A stretch of DNA of 63,919 bases, filler included, from Octopus bimaculoides (GCF_001194135.2; 7 parts of 7 records of this genome joined end to end with filler, not necessarily neighbours in it), one strand, 5' to 3'. Counted from the whole stretch's first letter, positions 35,052-48,974 are shown. Notes: generated from the letters alone by a model not told the origin. Made by a program: numbers and translations.

Positions 35052-36808
35052 TCCTAATTTACACACACGCACACACACACATACTCGGAGACACCCTTCG
35101 GACATGAGTGACCATGGGATTGCACTTAGAAAGTTACCCTCCGAGTCACAAGTTCGGGCAAAGTTGTTTTTTTATGGAAGACCAGCAGTTGCTGATGCAT
35201 ACCAGCCTCCCCTCTCTACGCCATCTATGTCATCCAAGGGAAAGGCAAAGGTCGATACAGCTTGGCACCAGTGATGTGGAAACTCATTTCTACAGCTGAG
35301 TGAACTGGAGCAACGTGAAATAAAGTGTCTTGCTCAANNNNNNNNNNNNNNNNNNNNNNNNNNNNNNNNNNNNNNNNNNNNNNNNNNNNNNNNNNNNNNN
35401 NNNNNNNNNNNNNNNNNNNNNNNNNNNNNNNNNNNNNNNNNNNNNNNNNNNNNNNNNNNNNNNNNNNNNNNNNNNNNNNNNNNNNNNNNNNNNNNNNNNN
35501 NNNNNNNNNNNNNNNNNNNNNNNNNNNNNNNNNNNNNNNNNNNNNNNNNNNNNNNNNNNNNNNNNNNNNNNNNNNNNNNNNNNNNNNNNNNNNNNNNNNN
35601 NNNNNNNNNNNNNNNNNNNNNNNNNNNNNNNNNNNNNNNNNNNNNNNNNNNNNNNNNNNNNNNNNNNNNNNNNNNNNNNNNNNNNNNNNNNNNNNNNNNN
35701 NNNNNNNNNNNNNNNNNNNNNNNNNNNNNNNNNNNNNNNNNNNNNNNNNNNNNNNNNNNNNNNNNNNNNNNNNNNNNNNNNNNNNNNNNNNNNNNNNNNN
35801 NNNNNNNNNNNNNNNNNNNNNNNNNNNNNNNNNNNNNNNNNNNNNNNNNNNNNNNNNNNNNNNNNNNNNNNNNNNNNNNNNNNNNNNNNNNNNNNNNNNN
35901 NNNNNNNNNNNNNNNNNNNNNNNNNNNNNNNNNNNNNNNNNNNNNNNNNNNNNNNNNNNNNNNNNNNNNNNNNNNNNNNNNNNNNNNNNNNNNNNNNNNN
36001 NNNNNNNNNNNNNNNNNNNNNNNNNNNNNNNNNNNNNNNNNNNNNNNNNNNNNNNNNNNNNNNNNNNNNNNNNNNNNNNNNNNNNNNNNNNNNNNNNNNN
36101 NNNNNNNNNNNNNNNNNNNNNNNNNNNNNNNNNNNNNNNNNNNNNNNACACACACACACACACACACACATCATATGGCATAGACTGGATTGCCACTGTT
36201 GAAACCTTTTTTGTGAACTGCTCAATAAGGGATCTAAACATAAACAGCATCAACCTCGATATTGCCAGCTGTGGAAAATATTCAACATAAGGCCATTAAT
36301 ACCTTTATATTTTAGACACCCTGTGGTCTCTCAAACACATACACACGCAAACACATACATACACACACATACACATAAACACACAGATACATATACACAC
36401 ACACACAAATATACACACACAGACATATACTCACACACACATAAACATACATAGATCTATGTGGTTTTCCTGTTGTTTTGCCACCTGCAAAAGAAGCAGG
36501 GATGAAGACAAATACATCGCAGCAATAAAATGTAAATGAAAACAAAGGGGGAGCGGGGGTAGGAAGCTGGAGGAAGAGGGAAGAAATAGATGTTTTTCTT
36601 TTAATTATTTTATCTTTTATTTTTGGGGTTTTTTTTCATGTGACTTTCTTTTTGTTTTGTTTTAAGAGTCTTCTCCCCACCCTACACACCGACTCCTACA
36701 TCCAGAGCTGGACAAATATAGGGTACCGATATATCCAATATGTGAGTGTGTGTGTGTTACACTGATCATCATCATCATCATCATCATCTGTGTGTGTGTC
36801 TATCTGTC

Positions 36809-36889
<81 letters not shown>

Positions 36890-36903
36890 GTGTTTATTTA
36901 GTC

Positions 36904-37157
36904 CAGTGATTCTCAACCAGGGTCCATATAGCCCTTGGAGTGGGGGTCCATATAGGATTTTGTTGAAATTCATCTGTAATAAATTGATTATTCTTCTACA
37001 ATACATAAAATATAAAAAAATTTTTTCATATAATCCCTAATAAAACGCTGTTATAAAAATATAATAGGGTTTTTTTAACATCGAATAGGTATGAGGGGCC
37101 ATCAAATTAAAGAAGGTGTGAAAGGGGTCCATAGGTAAAGAATAGTTGAGATCCTTT
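36904..37157. mobile_element. hAT-type MITE
   Basis: Left end CAGTGATTCTCAACCAGGGTCCATAT and right end GGGGTCCATAGGTAAAGAATAGTTGAGATCC. Relatives at 19034, 51660-51715 and 58634-58940. Confidence 0.8.
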
Positions 37158-37169
37158 TGATAGCATATA

Positions 37170-37899
37170 CGTGGTCTGATCAATAAGTATCCGGACTGTT
37201 GCCATAATAACCTTTGTGTGTGTGTGTGTAATTTATTCATTTCATTTAGTATTTTTATTACTGGACTGACCTTAAACTCTGCTATGCATGCGCACTAAGT
37301 TTTAATGTTCTAACTCACTTCCGCTGTTAACAGCAGTGCTTGGAAGGAAGGTGCATAGCGTGTGATTGCCACGCTATCCTATGACAGAGAATCCTCATCA
37401 AATTTTGCCAAAACTTTGGTGATACCTGTTCAGAGACCTACACAAAATTAAAAAAAAAGTTTTCATCGTTCTGGTCACAATCAAGATCTTGTGGAACAGA
37501 AACCTAAGTGTCTTTTTAGTCAGCTGAAATCAGTTTTGGCGCAAATTTAGCAGACACGCATCTCATAATCAAATTTTCAGTGATAATGGACTGAACTGAA
37601 CCGTAACTAATCTGCTCATCCTCTGATAATTCACGGATGGTGATTTGACAATTTCCCCTCACAGTTGCACACACATTTGTGATGGTTTTTCAATTCTGCT
37701 GGTTGCGGGTCTCCCAGAACGTTCGTTAATATCGACATTTTTTTGGCCATCTTGGAAACGTCGAAATCACTCGTACACTTGTATGCAGCTTATACACTCA
37801 CCTCAGAGTTCAGGGTCAATTTTTGCCAAGCGGCTTTACACTGCGTGCTTTAGTTTCGTTACTATAGCAACAGCCCGGATACTTATTGATCAGACCTCG
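37170..37899 (-). mobile_element. Internally deleted mariner transposon
   Basis: TA-flanked TIRs CG(T/A)GGTCTGATCAATAAGTATCCGG(A/G)CTGTTGC. Minus-strand remnant FRRFQDG...ERSGRP...TIRELSE...CVSAKFAPKL. Confidence 0.93.
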
Positions 37900-38024
37900 T
37901 ATGCTACCATAGTTATGTAAGCACCTTGTTACATAAACTTATATAATCATGCATGTTATCGCATATCAAATTGTGCGACGCATTGTGTTGATATTAAATT
38001 GGCCACTGAAACGGATGTAGTAAT

Positions 38025-38428
38025 TTTTCTTTTACTTGTTTCAGCCAGTAGACTGCAGTCATGCTGGGGTGTTGCCTTGAAGAATTTTAGTCGAACGAAT
38101 CGACCCCAGTACTTATATTTTTTATAAGCCTGATACTTATTCTGTTCGTCACTTTTGCAGAACTGCTAAGTTACGAGGACATTCATATACTAACCCAATA
38201 CCAGTTGTGGGAGACAAACACAGACACAGACACACAGACACACACACACATGTACACGCGCGCGCGAAAATACACACATAAGACAGGCCTCTTTCAATTT
38301 CCGTCTATCAAATTCTCTCACAAGCTTTTGGTCCAGTCTATGGCAGAAGACACTTTCTGAAAGTATAGTAAGACTGAGCCTGGAACTATGTGGTTGGGAA
38401 GCAAACGTCTGACCACACAGCCACGCTT
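38025..38428 (-). mobile_element. SINE family A, full length
   Basis: Matches the family A head, core and tail. Confidence 0.88.
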
Positions 38429-39807
38429 GCGCCGAATATCCATATTGTCTATTCGTTTCATGTTTATTACACTGTGTGTGTGAATGTGTGAATATATAAA
38501 TATATATATATATATATTTCCCGTCTGGCCGTATAGCCTTTTCTGTTTGTTTTCCTGTCTTGCTTTTTGTCCGCCACTACATTCCTCCATGGCAAGGTTT
38601 AATTTGTGTATACAAATTTAATTTGCGGTCCATGGGAAGAGCCGTTTTAATGATGCGNNNNNNNNNNNNNNNNNNNNNNNNNNNNNNNNNNNNNNNNNNN
38701 NTTAATTAATTAANNNNNNNNNNNNNNNNNNNNNNNNNNNNNNNNNNNNNNNNNNNNTATATATATATATATAAATGGTGAGAGAGAGAAAGAGAGGGAG
38801 AGAAATATATATATATATATATATATATGTACGCACATACATATAATTATACATACATATACATATATGTGTTAGTGCGCGCGTGTGTGTGTGTGTTTGA
38901 GTGAAGTATTAACAGGTATTTGTGCGCTGCAATATCAATTTCAGTATCTTTTACACTAGCATTAAAAATGAAGAGAGCCTATTGCACTTGTGAGAAAAAA
39001 CAATGCTGCTGAATAGAAGAAATATGTGCATTCTTTAATTGCAATACCGTCAAATCCGATTACGAGGATATGTGCATCAATTCATAAATGCATGCATCTA
39101 TACACACACTTATGTGCTAGCATACAGTTATACATATATATGTTTACATACGCATGCATGCAAGTATAGAGATATATACCTATATACATAGGTAGAGAGA
39201 AAGATAGATAGATAGATAGATGAATAGATGCACACAGGCTTGTACATCATGTACATGCGTACAAAAAGACACACGTATATGTATGTATATATATATATAT
39301 ACCTACATATATATATATACCTATATANNNNNNNNNNNNNNNNNNNNNNNNNNNNNNNNNNNNNNNNNNNNNNNNNNNNNNNNNNNNNNNNNNNNNNNNN
39401 NNNNNNNNNNNNNNNNNNNNNNNNNNNNNNNNNNNNNNNNNNNNNNNNNNNNNNNNNNNNNNNNNNNNNNNNNNNNNNNNNNNNNNNNNNNNNNNNNNNN
39501 NNNNNNNNNNNNNNNNNNNNNNNNNNNNNNNNNNNNNNNNNNNNNNNNNNNNNNNNNNNNNNNNNNNNNNNNNNNNNNNNNNNNNNNNNNNNNNNNNNNN
39601 NNNNNNNNNNNNNNNNNNNNNNNNNNNNNNNNNNNNNNNNNNNNNNNNNNNNNNNNNNNNNNNNNNNNNNNNNNNNNNNNNNNNNNNNNNNNNNNNNNNN
39701 NNNNNNNNNNNNNNNNNNNNNNNNNNNNNNNNNNNNNNNNNNNNNNNNNNNNNNNNNNNNNNNNNNNNNNNNNNNNNNNNNNNNNNNNNNNNNNNNNNNN
39801 NNNNNNN

Positions 39808-39870
<63 letters not shown>

Positions 39871-40249
39871 TTTACTCTCTCTCGCACACATACACGCACA
39901 CGCACGTCCATTTCATATACACGTACATGCATACTATTTTTACGGAATGACCGAGTGAAACACAGAATGAGGAAATGACAGAGAGACAAGAGAAAGAAAC
40001 AGATACAGAAAAGAAGTTTGTATAGAAGATGAAAGACGGATAGGGGGTGAGAGTCGGACGCTGATGTTTCATACCCTATGTATGATCTATAGTTGAAATT
40101 GAAAGAAAGCCAGCACAAAATTGATACGGTATGTTCTATAGGTGAAGGTGAAAGAAAGCGGCACAAAGCGAGTGACAAAGCGGGAGAGAAGAGGACCCCG
40201 AGAACCCCAGAAATGAGGTCGTGTCCTATAATTTTAAGGTCAGTCTTTT

Positions 40250-40950
40250 CAGCCATGCCACCGAAACGAAGACATTCTAATTTATCTCTGCAAACAAGGG
40301 CCGCAAAGAAAACTGCCTCTCTTAGTGCTGAAGAAAGCTTACTTCAGCGATACCCAAATGTGTAATATTTGTAAACGATCATCGACGGCGAAAGTTTTGC
40401 TCTAAGCTACACTTATTATCTGCGATGAATGCATGATGGCACACCGTGGTGCATTAGAAGCCCAAGATAGGTCACTAAGGGATATTAGAAACAATGTTGC
40501 AGTTATGGTGAGGGCTTAATTGTTGTCCTCGCAGGAGATTTCCGTCAAGTATTACCAGTAATACCACGGGGTATGCGAGCTGACGACATCTATATGTGTC
40601 TGAAGCTTTCACCTCTGTGGAGGTTTGTTCGTTAGCTTTCATTAAGCAACAATATGAAAGCTCATCTCTGCAACGACCCATTAGCTAAGGAATTCGTTTA
40701 TCAACTACAAATTGGAAATGGCGCTTTACGGTTGAATAACACACTACAACAAAATGTAATGTAATGTGTGCACATGGTGTCTACATTGGGCGAGTTTCAA
40801 GAAAAGTTATTTCCCACATTGCAAGATAACATCAAAAGCATAGCATGGTTCACAGAGAGAGCTATTTTAGCACCTCGGAATGAAAGCGTTGATAAAGTAA
40901 TCCATGAAGTCCTCCACATTCTGCCTGGAGATGCTTCAACGTTATCATAT
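40250..40950 (+). mobile_element. Helitron RepHel remnant (N-terminus joined to PIF1-type helicase fragments)
   Basis: MPPKRRHSNLSLQTRAAKK, then LIICDECMMAHRGALEA, VVLAGDFRQVLPVIPRG and ERAILAPRNESVD, with stops and frameshifts. Confidence 0.9.
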
Positions 40951-40989
40951 ATATATATATATATATTTATATAGGCGATTTAGTGTTTT

Positions 40990-41210
40990 AGATCAAATTC
41001 AAATATATATAATGTTCTTGATGCTCTAAGAAGAGAAAAACAAATCATCGAAACAAGATTATCTCATCTTAATGTAGGAGCAAGCCCCAAGACGAAAGAT
41101 TCTAAAGCAGCAAGAAGAGAGAATATGATATTACAAGCTATTGCCAATTTGCGGAATCGATGAAAGGAAGAGTGCCTTCGTAGTATTGCACATAATCAGG
41201 GATCTTTCTA
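40990..41210 (+). mobile_element. Probable MULE (Mutator-like) transposase C-terminal fragment
   Basis: NVLDALRREKQIIETRLSHLNVG...ECLRSIAHN resembles the ID.L..EQ...E...G...YL..IA.N pattern. Confidence 0.55.
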
Positions 41211-41510
41211 AATTTCATTTTCATTTCATTTTTATTCTAATGAATGTATATTCTAATTCAAGCTTATATATTACACATATTTGTAATTCATTTATAAATA
41301 AATATAATCCGGCAAGTCTCGTGATAACTAGCCTAAGTATCATTTTACCAAGGTGTCTTTAGACGTAATTGTCTTTAGACGAGTGAGTGTTGAGACAAAA
41401 ATGCTTTTAAGACCAAAATGCCTTCGCTTAAAGTGGTTTATACCAAAGTGTCGTATCCCATATGCATACACACACACACGCACACACGCACACACACACA
41501 CACACGCACG

Positions 41511-41546
<36 letters not shown>

Positions 41547-42299
41547 TACTTAATATATATAATTATGTCTACCTGTATACAAACAAATGTGTGTGCATGC
41601 ATGTACGTATTTATAAATTTATGAACATATGCCCCTAATTGTATTTGGCAGTTCTCAAATTAAAGAAGGCACATATTTCCTATTTTCGGGAACACTATAA
41701 TTTTCACAAACTCAATAGGCTCACTTCATTTATTATGCAAGTTTAAAAGATATTCAAATTCACATTCCATCTCACACATACGTTTAACACTTCATGTATT
41801 GTCTTCAAATATTTTAAAGTTCGTAATATTGCTTTCTTTCCCCGAATATTTTTTTTATAATTTTTAAAAACAATGGTTTTCTTATACCAAGGTACGTATT
41901 TTTCTATTAGAGCACATCACACCTGGCAATTATGTTTTCGCACCTCATAAACCCCCAAGAATTTTCCTAAAATGCAGTTAATCTTACCAGAAAATTTTAC
42001 ACCGCAACACATATTTCATCTACGTAAACAAGCTGAAAAATAAACTAATTAAGCCCCATTATATATTTTCTATTTTCTCTATCTGTCACCAATTCTCATC
42101 ATTTTTGCCACTTTTCTTTATGTAATGGGTTTCGTTTTTATTATCCTGGATATAATGCTTGAAGGGATTCTTTCTTATACTGTATGGCTCCATATGCAGT
42201 TATGATTCTTTCACACCAAACTGAAGTAGACGCTGCTCAAAATTTCAAAGTAACTTTCCGGTTATTGAAATTAAAATTGCTGGTTGTGTGTGTGGGTGA

Positions 42300-42650
42300 G
42301 TGTGTGTGATAAAATGTTTGCTGCCGAACCACATGGTTCTGGGTTCATTCCCATTGCGTGACATTTTGGGCAAACGTCTTCTGCAATAGCCGCTGGCCGA
42401 CCAAAGCCTTGGAAGTCCGAATCTGAAGGAAGCCCATCGTAAATATTTATATATATTTATATGTGTGTTTCTCTTTGGGTGCGTGGGTCTGTGTTTATTG
42501 CCCGACATTTCTTGATACCCGATGTTGGTGTTTTCATCCTCATAAATTAGTGGTTCGACTGGTGAGACGGAGAATAATTAATAGGATCATAAATATGGGT
42601 ACGGGAATTGATACACCCGACCAAAAATTCTTCAAGTATGGCAGCAGTCT
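42300..42650 (+). mobile_element. SINE family A (diverged)
   Basis: CCACATGGTTCTGGGTTCATTCCCATTGCGTGACATTTTGGGCAAA head. Confidence 0.8.
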
Positions 42651-42708
42651 AAAGATACAGAATAAAACACAGAATAACTATATGTGTGTGTGTGTGTATA
42701 TCTATCTA

Positions 42709-42769
<61 letters not shown>

Positions 42770-44982
42770 AATAAAGGGTAACATCCTTAATGATTTCTAC
42801 GAAGTGGTCAGCGCAGAAATAAGACCTCATAGGCAAATTATATAAATAGTTTATAATTATATACATAATTATAACAAGGGCTTGGCTTGTGCCTCACCAT
42901 GCACTGAAAAATATACGTCAAACCCAAACTTGAACTCTTAGACTCTCACTAACAACCCCTATGCTTTAACTATATCCATAAAACTTAACGTAAGCTAAAT
43001 TATTTTTGTAAAATCGTTATCCCCTTTCTAAAATCTCATAATTCTAGAAAGTATTATACATATGGAAACATTACACATTTGAGTTACGATGTGACGGAGA
43101 AGTCAAAATAAATGTAATTGGGCTAAACACGTAATTAGAATAAATGTATTTGCTTATCCTCACTGTTGATTGCCAGGGCCCGCAGAAATGACCAGCCGTC
43201 ATCGTTGGACTCTGCAGAATTGAGCTGCACCTGACATGCCACCGTACACTGTAATTCTCTTTCCTCAATTCTTTGTATCACCTATAAGATTTCATTTTCA
43301 TCTCCGGCAAACCTATTTAAGAGAAGAGTATTTTAATGCTCGTTTATTGAACCTAGATGTTCGATCAACATTCGGAAATATAAATTTACTAAGGGTACTT
43401 AGATCTAAATTGTGACAAATAATGTTTGGGACGCAGATGTATCAAATAGTGACTGTTGTAAATACTCTCTGATCTCCGAGCTACGCATCTTCTCGAATAA
43501 CGTTACCTAGTGATCCTTCGGAAGAACCAAACTTTGGCAGCTTATATTCACGATCATATATTTCCGTACATTACCCTACATCACGACACTAACTGTGGAT
43601 AAGAACGAAAACCTAATTGAAAATAGCAAGTTTGGCTTTGTTCACTATATATTTTCTTCTCTAACGATTGAATGCTGAAGTTAACGCATTACTGTGCCAG
43701 CTTCTGCAGCTTTATCATTAATGATATATTTGACGGTGCCTATTGATGTTTATGGATTATCATAGAAGTTTCTGTCGCTATATCTCTTGATCATATAAAA
43801 AGGTAATTCTGTATAGATGAAAATACAAAACACACAATTAAAATAATAATAAAGCGCGATGTATTTTATCACATATGTCATTAGGTGCATTTGAAGAAAA
43901 GCTAATATCTATAAGTTTAACTTATATATTAATACACAGAATAAAAGATGATGTCTTTATAGTGTTACTTTTCTTTTTATCATTTCATGTTACCTAAAGT
44001 TTTATAATTATCATTAGTGGCATACATACAAAAAAAATAAAAGAATACATAAACAACAGATAAATGACAAATACATTCATACACATAAACACAGGCACGA
44101 TTGTACATAAAAACATGCATGCATTCACACATGCATTCATAAACATATATGTACGCGTGTGATTCTTTGTGATTACTTTCTATCTATATCCGCCAGTCCT
44201 TAGCAACTTCAAACGGTAATACTCAGTACAGTAATAATGATTTCTTTTGATATTTGGTTTTCTGATGAAGTATTTCGTTTGAAAAATAAGAAAAGATATC
44301 CCACGACGCTACACCAACAGATGAAATATTGCAATATACTGACATTGAAAATATCGGAAAATACTACGTAGAAATTTAAACATTGAGATTTAGAATTAAT
44401 TATGAATATATACATACACACTCACACACACACACACATATATATATTCATATGTGTGTGCGTGTGTGTGTGTGTGTGCCTTAAATCAATGATTAGGGAA
44501 CAGAAGTTATCCCTTCCTTACGTTCCCTTGTCATTACTCCATAGTGCACTTTGCTTCGCCTAACGCTTTCGCCTAACGCTTTGTCCGCTGAGAGGTGTCA
44601 GAAAAGTTATCAGCAGGAATATATATATATATATATATATANNNNNNNNNNNNNNNNNNNNNNNNNNNNNNNNNNNNNNNNNNNNNNNNNNNNNNNNNNN
44701 NNNNNNNNNNNNNNNNNNNNNNNNNNNNNNNNNNNNNNNNNNNNNNNNNNNNNNNNNNNNNNNNNNNNNNNNNNNNNNNNNNNNNNNNNNNNNNNNNNNN
44801 NNNNNNNNNNNNNNNNNNNNNNNNNNNNNNNNNNNNNNNNNNNNNNNNNNNNNNNNNNNNNNNNNNNNNNNNNNNNNNNNNNNNNNNNNNNNNNNNNNNN
44901 NNNNNNNNNNNNNNNNNNNNNNNNNNNNNNNNNNNNNNNNNNNNNNNNNNNNNNNNNNNNNNNNNNNNNNNNNNNNNNNNNN

Positions 44983-45048
<66 letters not shown>

Positions 45049-45292
45049 ATATAAAGAAAGAGAGAGAGAGGGAGAAAAGCGAGAGGTAGAGAGAGAAGGT
45101 GAGAGAGATAAGAGAAATTTATGTCAGTTAAAATATGATAGGTAACCTATTTTAATTAACTGCAGTCATCATAGAGAAAATTTCTGTCATATGGTAAAAA
45201 TGTGTTGGAACAACGTATGTCTCCAGAGGTGTCCGCTGTCGGATTTATAAATGGAAAATACCAAAGAAAGGCAACTCTGGACAGACTTAATA

Positions 45293-45346
<54 letters not shown>

Positions 45347-45418
45347 GCATGCATGCTTGCATGCATGCATACATACATACATACATACATACATACATAC
45401 ATACATACATACATACAT
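45293..45418. repeat. (GATA)n-(GCAT)n-(CATA)n compound tetranucleotide repeat
   Basis: Direct inspection. Confidence 0.95.
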
Positions 45419-46456
45419 AAAATTAAAGTCGTGGCATATGAAATTGAATAAAACCACAATTGATTATGTCACAAATCAACATAATTTCTGCCATACTTTA
45501 CAAGGAAACATGAATGAAGGGAAATTCCCTGGCGTTTTGTAATCTACAAGTCGAATCGTTTCGAAAATTGGAGTTATATCAAAATAAATTCAAAATTGTG
45601 GATTATTTGGTGTTGATGCAATGTTTGATCAAGTGATTTTATTTGTAACATCATACACGCAGTTACGTAAGATATGTGACGACTATAAGATTATGCAATA
45701 CATTATATTTCATCTTTCACATCGTCAGGTGACACCATATTACAAGCAAATAAACGATATGCCGTTAGAGTAACAAGTCGAAAAACATATGAACATCCAA
45801 AGCGATGAATACCAATAGTAAAATATGGAAGTGAACAAGAGTATAGTTGTTCAATCGGATTTGTAGACAGTTCAATTAGAGTGTCAGGGAAATTGGCAAC
45901 ACAAATTGTGAGTGAGAAGTTAGACAAGTTGTGAGTGACCAAATATAATTGACTAGAACAAAGACCATATGAACAGATGAAAATTTCATTGCCATATCTT
46001 AACAGTAACTGTTTTCAACCTAACGACTACACATGAAATGAGAGAATAATAATGAGCATCCATTTTCAACAGAGATTGGCGCCACATTTCTAACCTGACT
46101 CCGTCAATGCTTTGAATTAAGCATTTGCATATCTACATGAAAGGACATGTGCTCCATATGTTCTATTCTTCAAGCTATTTGTGGATATTTCTCACCTATT
46201 GCAATCATGGTTTTCATTACATAAACATATCGTTTTCATACGTACCAAACAGTTATAAAGTTCACAAAGAATAAATATTATATACGAGCATATGGAAAAA
46301 TAAGGCAGACAATAAGCCGACACGTAAGCTGTAGCACACACACACACGTATATATANNNNNNNNNNNNNNNNNNNNNNNNNNNNNNNNNNNNNNNNNNNN
46401 TTAATTAATTAANNNNNNNNNNNNNNNNNNNNNNNNNNNNNNNNNNNNNNNNNNNN

Positions 46457-46489
<33 letters not shown>

Positions 46490-46775
46490 TATTATTTGGA
46501 AAAGCAAAGAATCCTAACATCAGGCTACAAGTTGCCTTATATACCAAGAAACCTCCTATTAGGTTACAGCAAGTAACCTTAGATGCCAAGAACCCTCTTA
46601 AGTATCCTAGTTGCCCCTATTAACACTGTTTTCTGGAGCTGTACTAAACTGGGTTTTATGCCTATTTTCTCTATCCATTTGTTCAGATCTTTAGGGATAG
46701 TTCCCAATGCACCTATAACTACTGGGATACATTTTACCTGCACTTTCCATAGTCTCTGTAATTCAATAGCTATTG
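46457..46775 (-). mobile_element. R4/Dong-like LINE 3' end
   Basis: ORF 46579..46836: ELQRLWKVQVKCIPVVIGALGTIPK...LQKTVLIGATRILKRVL. Confidence 0.88.
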
Positions 46776-46800
46776 TTATCATCATCATCATCATCATCAT

Positions 46801-46969
46801 TGGTTGTGTGATAAGAAGCTTGTTTCTCAACCACATAGTTCTGGGTTCAGTCCCACGGTGTCACACCTTGGGCAAGAGTCTTCTGCTATAACCTAAGGTC
46901 AACCAAAGCCTTCTGAGTGGATTTGGTAGACGGAAACTGAAAGAAATTCATTGTATATATATGTGTGTG

Positions 46970-47002
<33 letters not shown>

Positions 47003-47212
47003 TTGCATCTGTGTTTGTCAATCATCACCACTTGACAACCAGTGTTGGTGTGTTTATATCCCCATAACCTAGTAGTTCAGTCAAAGAGATTGACAGAATA
47101 AGTACCAGGCTTAAAAAATTAAGTCCCAGGGTCGATTTGTCTGACTAAAAATGGTGGTACTCCAGCATGGCCACAGTCACATGACTGAAACAAATAAAAG
47201 AATAAAAGAATT
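46801..47212 (+). mobile_element. SINE family A, full length
   Basis: Head, core and TGACTGAAACAAATAAAAGAATAAAAG tail. Confidence 0.92.
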
Positions 47213-47297
47213 ATTTGATGGAAACTCACACCTTATTTTGTTGGATATGATGGAAAGTGTCTGCTGTCTACATCCAGCAGACTAAGGTGACACTTGT

Positions 47298-47635
47298 TTA
47301 CTGATCATGCTTCACCCTGCAGAGAACTCTTGCAGTTCCAAGCAATGGTGATTTTTGTAGGTGTTCTACCTTCACAACTGCACTGATCATTTTCAGCCAT
47401 GTTGGTAGTTGAGGGCTGATACTTCCAAGCCTACCAATTACTTCTGGTATCACATCCACTCTTTTCATTGCCCACAACCGGCATATTTCCCACTTCAAAT
47501 CACCATAGATGTTCAGTTTTTCTTCTTTCTCTTTGATTCTGTTGTCACTGGGACATGCTATGTTGATTATCATGCAAGTTCTTTCATTTTTGTTCATCAG
47601 AACATCAGGTTTCAGATGTTTCATCTAATGGTCAC
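47298..47635 (-). mobile_element. R4/Dong-like restriction-like endonuclease fragment
   Basis: ORF: KPDVL...IINIACPSDNRIKEKEEKL..YGDLKWEICRLW...VIP.VIG.LG...LQKSPLLGTARVL. Confidence 0.9.
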
Positions 47636-47829
47636 ACTGAATCATTATTATTATTATTATTATCATTATTATTATTATTATTATCATTATTATTATTATT
47701 ATTATTATTCAGTGGTTTTATTTTTATAACTTGCTTTCACTTCACTACTGAGCGCAGCACTGCGTGCCTTGGATATGTGCTGTGGTTTGCTGTGATGCTC
47801 TTATTAATATTATCATTATTATTATTATT

Positions 47830-48345
47830 TGAGTGAGAGAGCAGTGCATGCCATCAAAGTAACACTGGTGTACAAATATCCGAAGCCCAATATACCCATC
47901 ACTACTACCTGTCTCATAAGGGTACACCAGGCACATGCATCACAACAATATGTGTGCACCATGGGGGACTCATATCAAGATAAACAGCACATGGCGAAGT
48001 AGCCCATCCTGCTGAAAGGTTTCCTGAATAAGGTTTGTTTAAAGATGAACCAAACACCAATGTTTCCAGAGCTGAATTATTCAAACCACAAAGAATTCCT
48101 CTCAACACATGGCTATGATGCACCCCCCCCCATCACCCACTGCTCCTGCTTGTGATCGGAGATGCACATATTCTCACCTACTAAGGGACATGCTCAAACG
48201 GTTATGGTTAAGCAAAGAATAAGCAAATGTGTAATGTTAAGCAGAATATTTGCTGTAGCCCATTTTTTAAACCAAGACTTGATAACACTTCCAATCAGTT
48301 AAAATCAGAAGCCATGAGAGTTGCTGTCTGGTACAGCAGCAGAGT
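47830..48345 (-). mobile_element. Non-autonomous element family D, second copy
   Basis: Homologous to 29660-30172, with an (AAT)n tail at its left end. Confidence 0.8.
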
Positions 48346-48888
48346 ATTTATTACTAATATTATTGCAAGCAGAGGACTTAAAAGGTATACATAAACACAT
48401 ATATACATGCATGCATGCATACATACATACATGCATGCACGTGTGTGTGCACATGTGTGCACATGTGTGCATGTATGTGTACATACGTACATAAATGAAA
48501 AAGAAGCTTAATTCCACAGTTATAGAAATATAAAAGAATTGGTTTGGGAGTTGAAAATGCACCTGGGTCTTAAAACAAATTGTACATTTTTTGAAAGAAT
48601 TTATTAAAGTACCATACGGGTTTCAACAATATTTTGTTTTTCAGTGGTAAATATAAAATATGAAAGAGGATTATAGTTTAATAGAGAATGCACTGAAGAA
48701 AGTTCCATAACCATAAAGCATGCTAAAACCTAAAGAACATTTGATTTTTTTTCTTTTTACATCAAGAGGATAATTAATTTAATCACCCCCACTAATTACA
48801 GCTGTGTGGAGTTAATGTAATAACCTCCACTAGTTATAGGTGTAATAACCATTACTGATATGTCTTTATTGTGTTTGTATTTTTTAAG

Positions 48889-48974
48889 ATGGTACAAGCT
48901 AAGACTATAAGAATCGGCTGTGGCTTTGCAAAATGTTCAAACATGAATTTCTACGTCTGCCATTATGGTCTAGA
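48889..48974 (+). CDS. Exon of a CAP/SCP-domain (CRISP / antigen 5 / PR-1 superfamily) protein: MVQAKTIRIGCGFAKCSNMNFYVCHYGL
   Basis: Acceptor TGTTTGTATTTTTTAAG and donor GA|GTAAGT enclose 86 nt, phase 0 to 2. The peptide follows the CAP pattern (HYTQ)MVWA.T..IGCG.A.C....YVC.Y. Other exons were not found. Confidence 0.82.

Noticed and set aside
45170-45215. HHRENFCHMVKMCWNN as a possible upstream CAP exon; also GNMNEGKFP at about 45504 and PCNHC at about 50625
   Set aside because: They lack the HNxxR motif, or have the wrong order or phase relative to 48889-48974.
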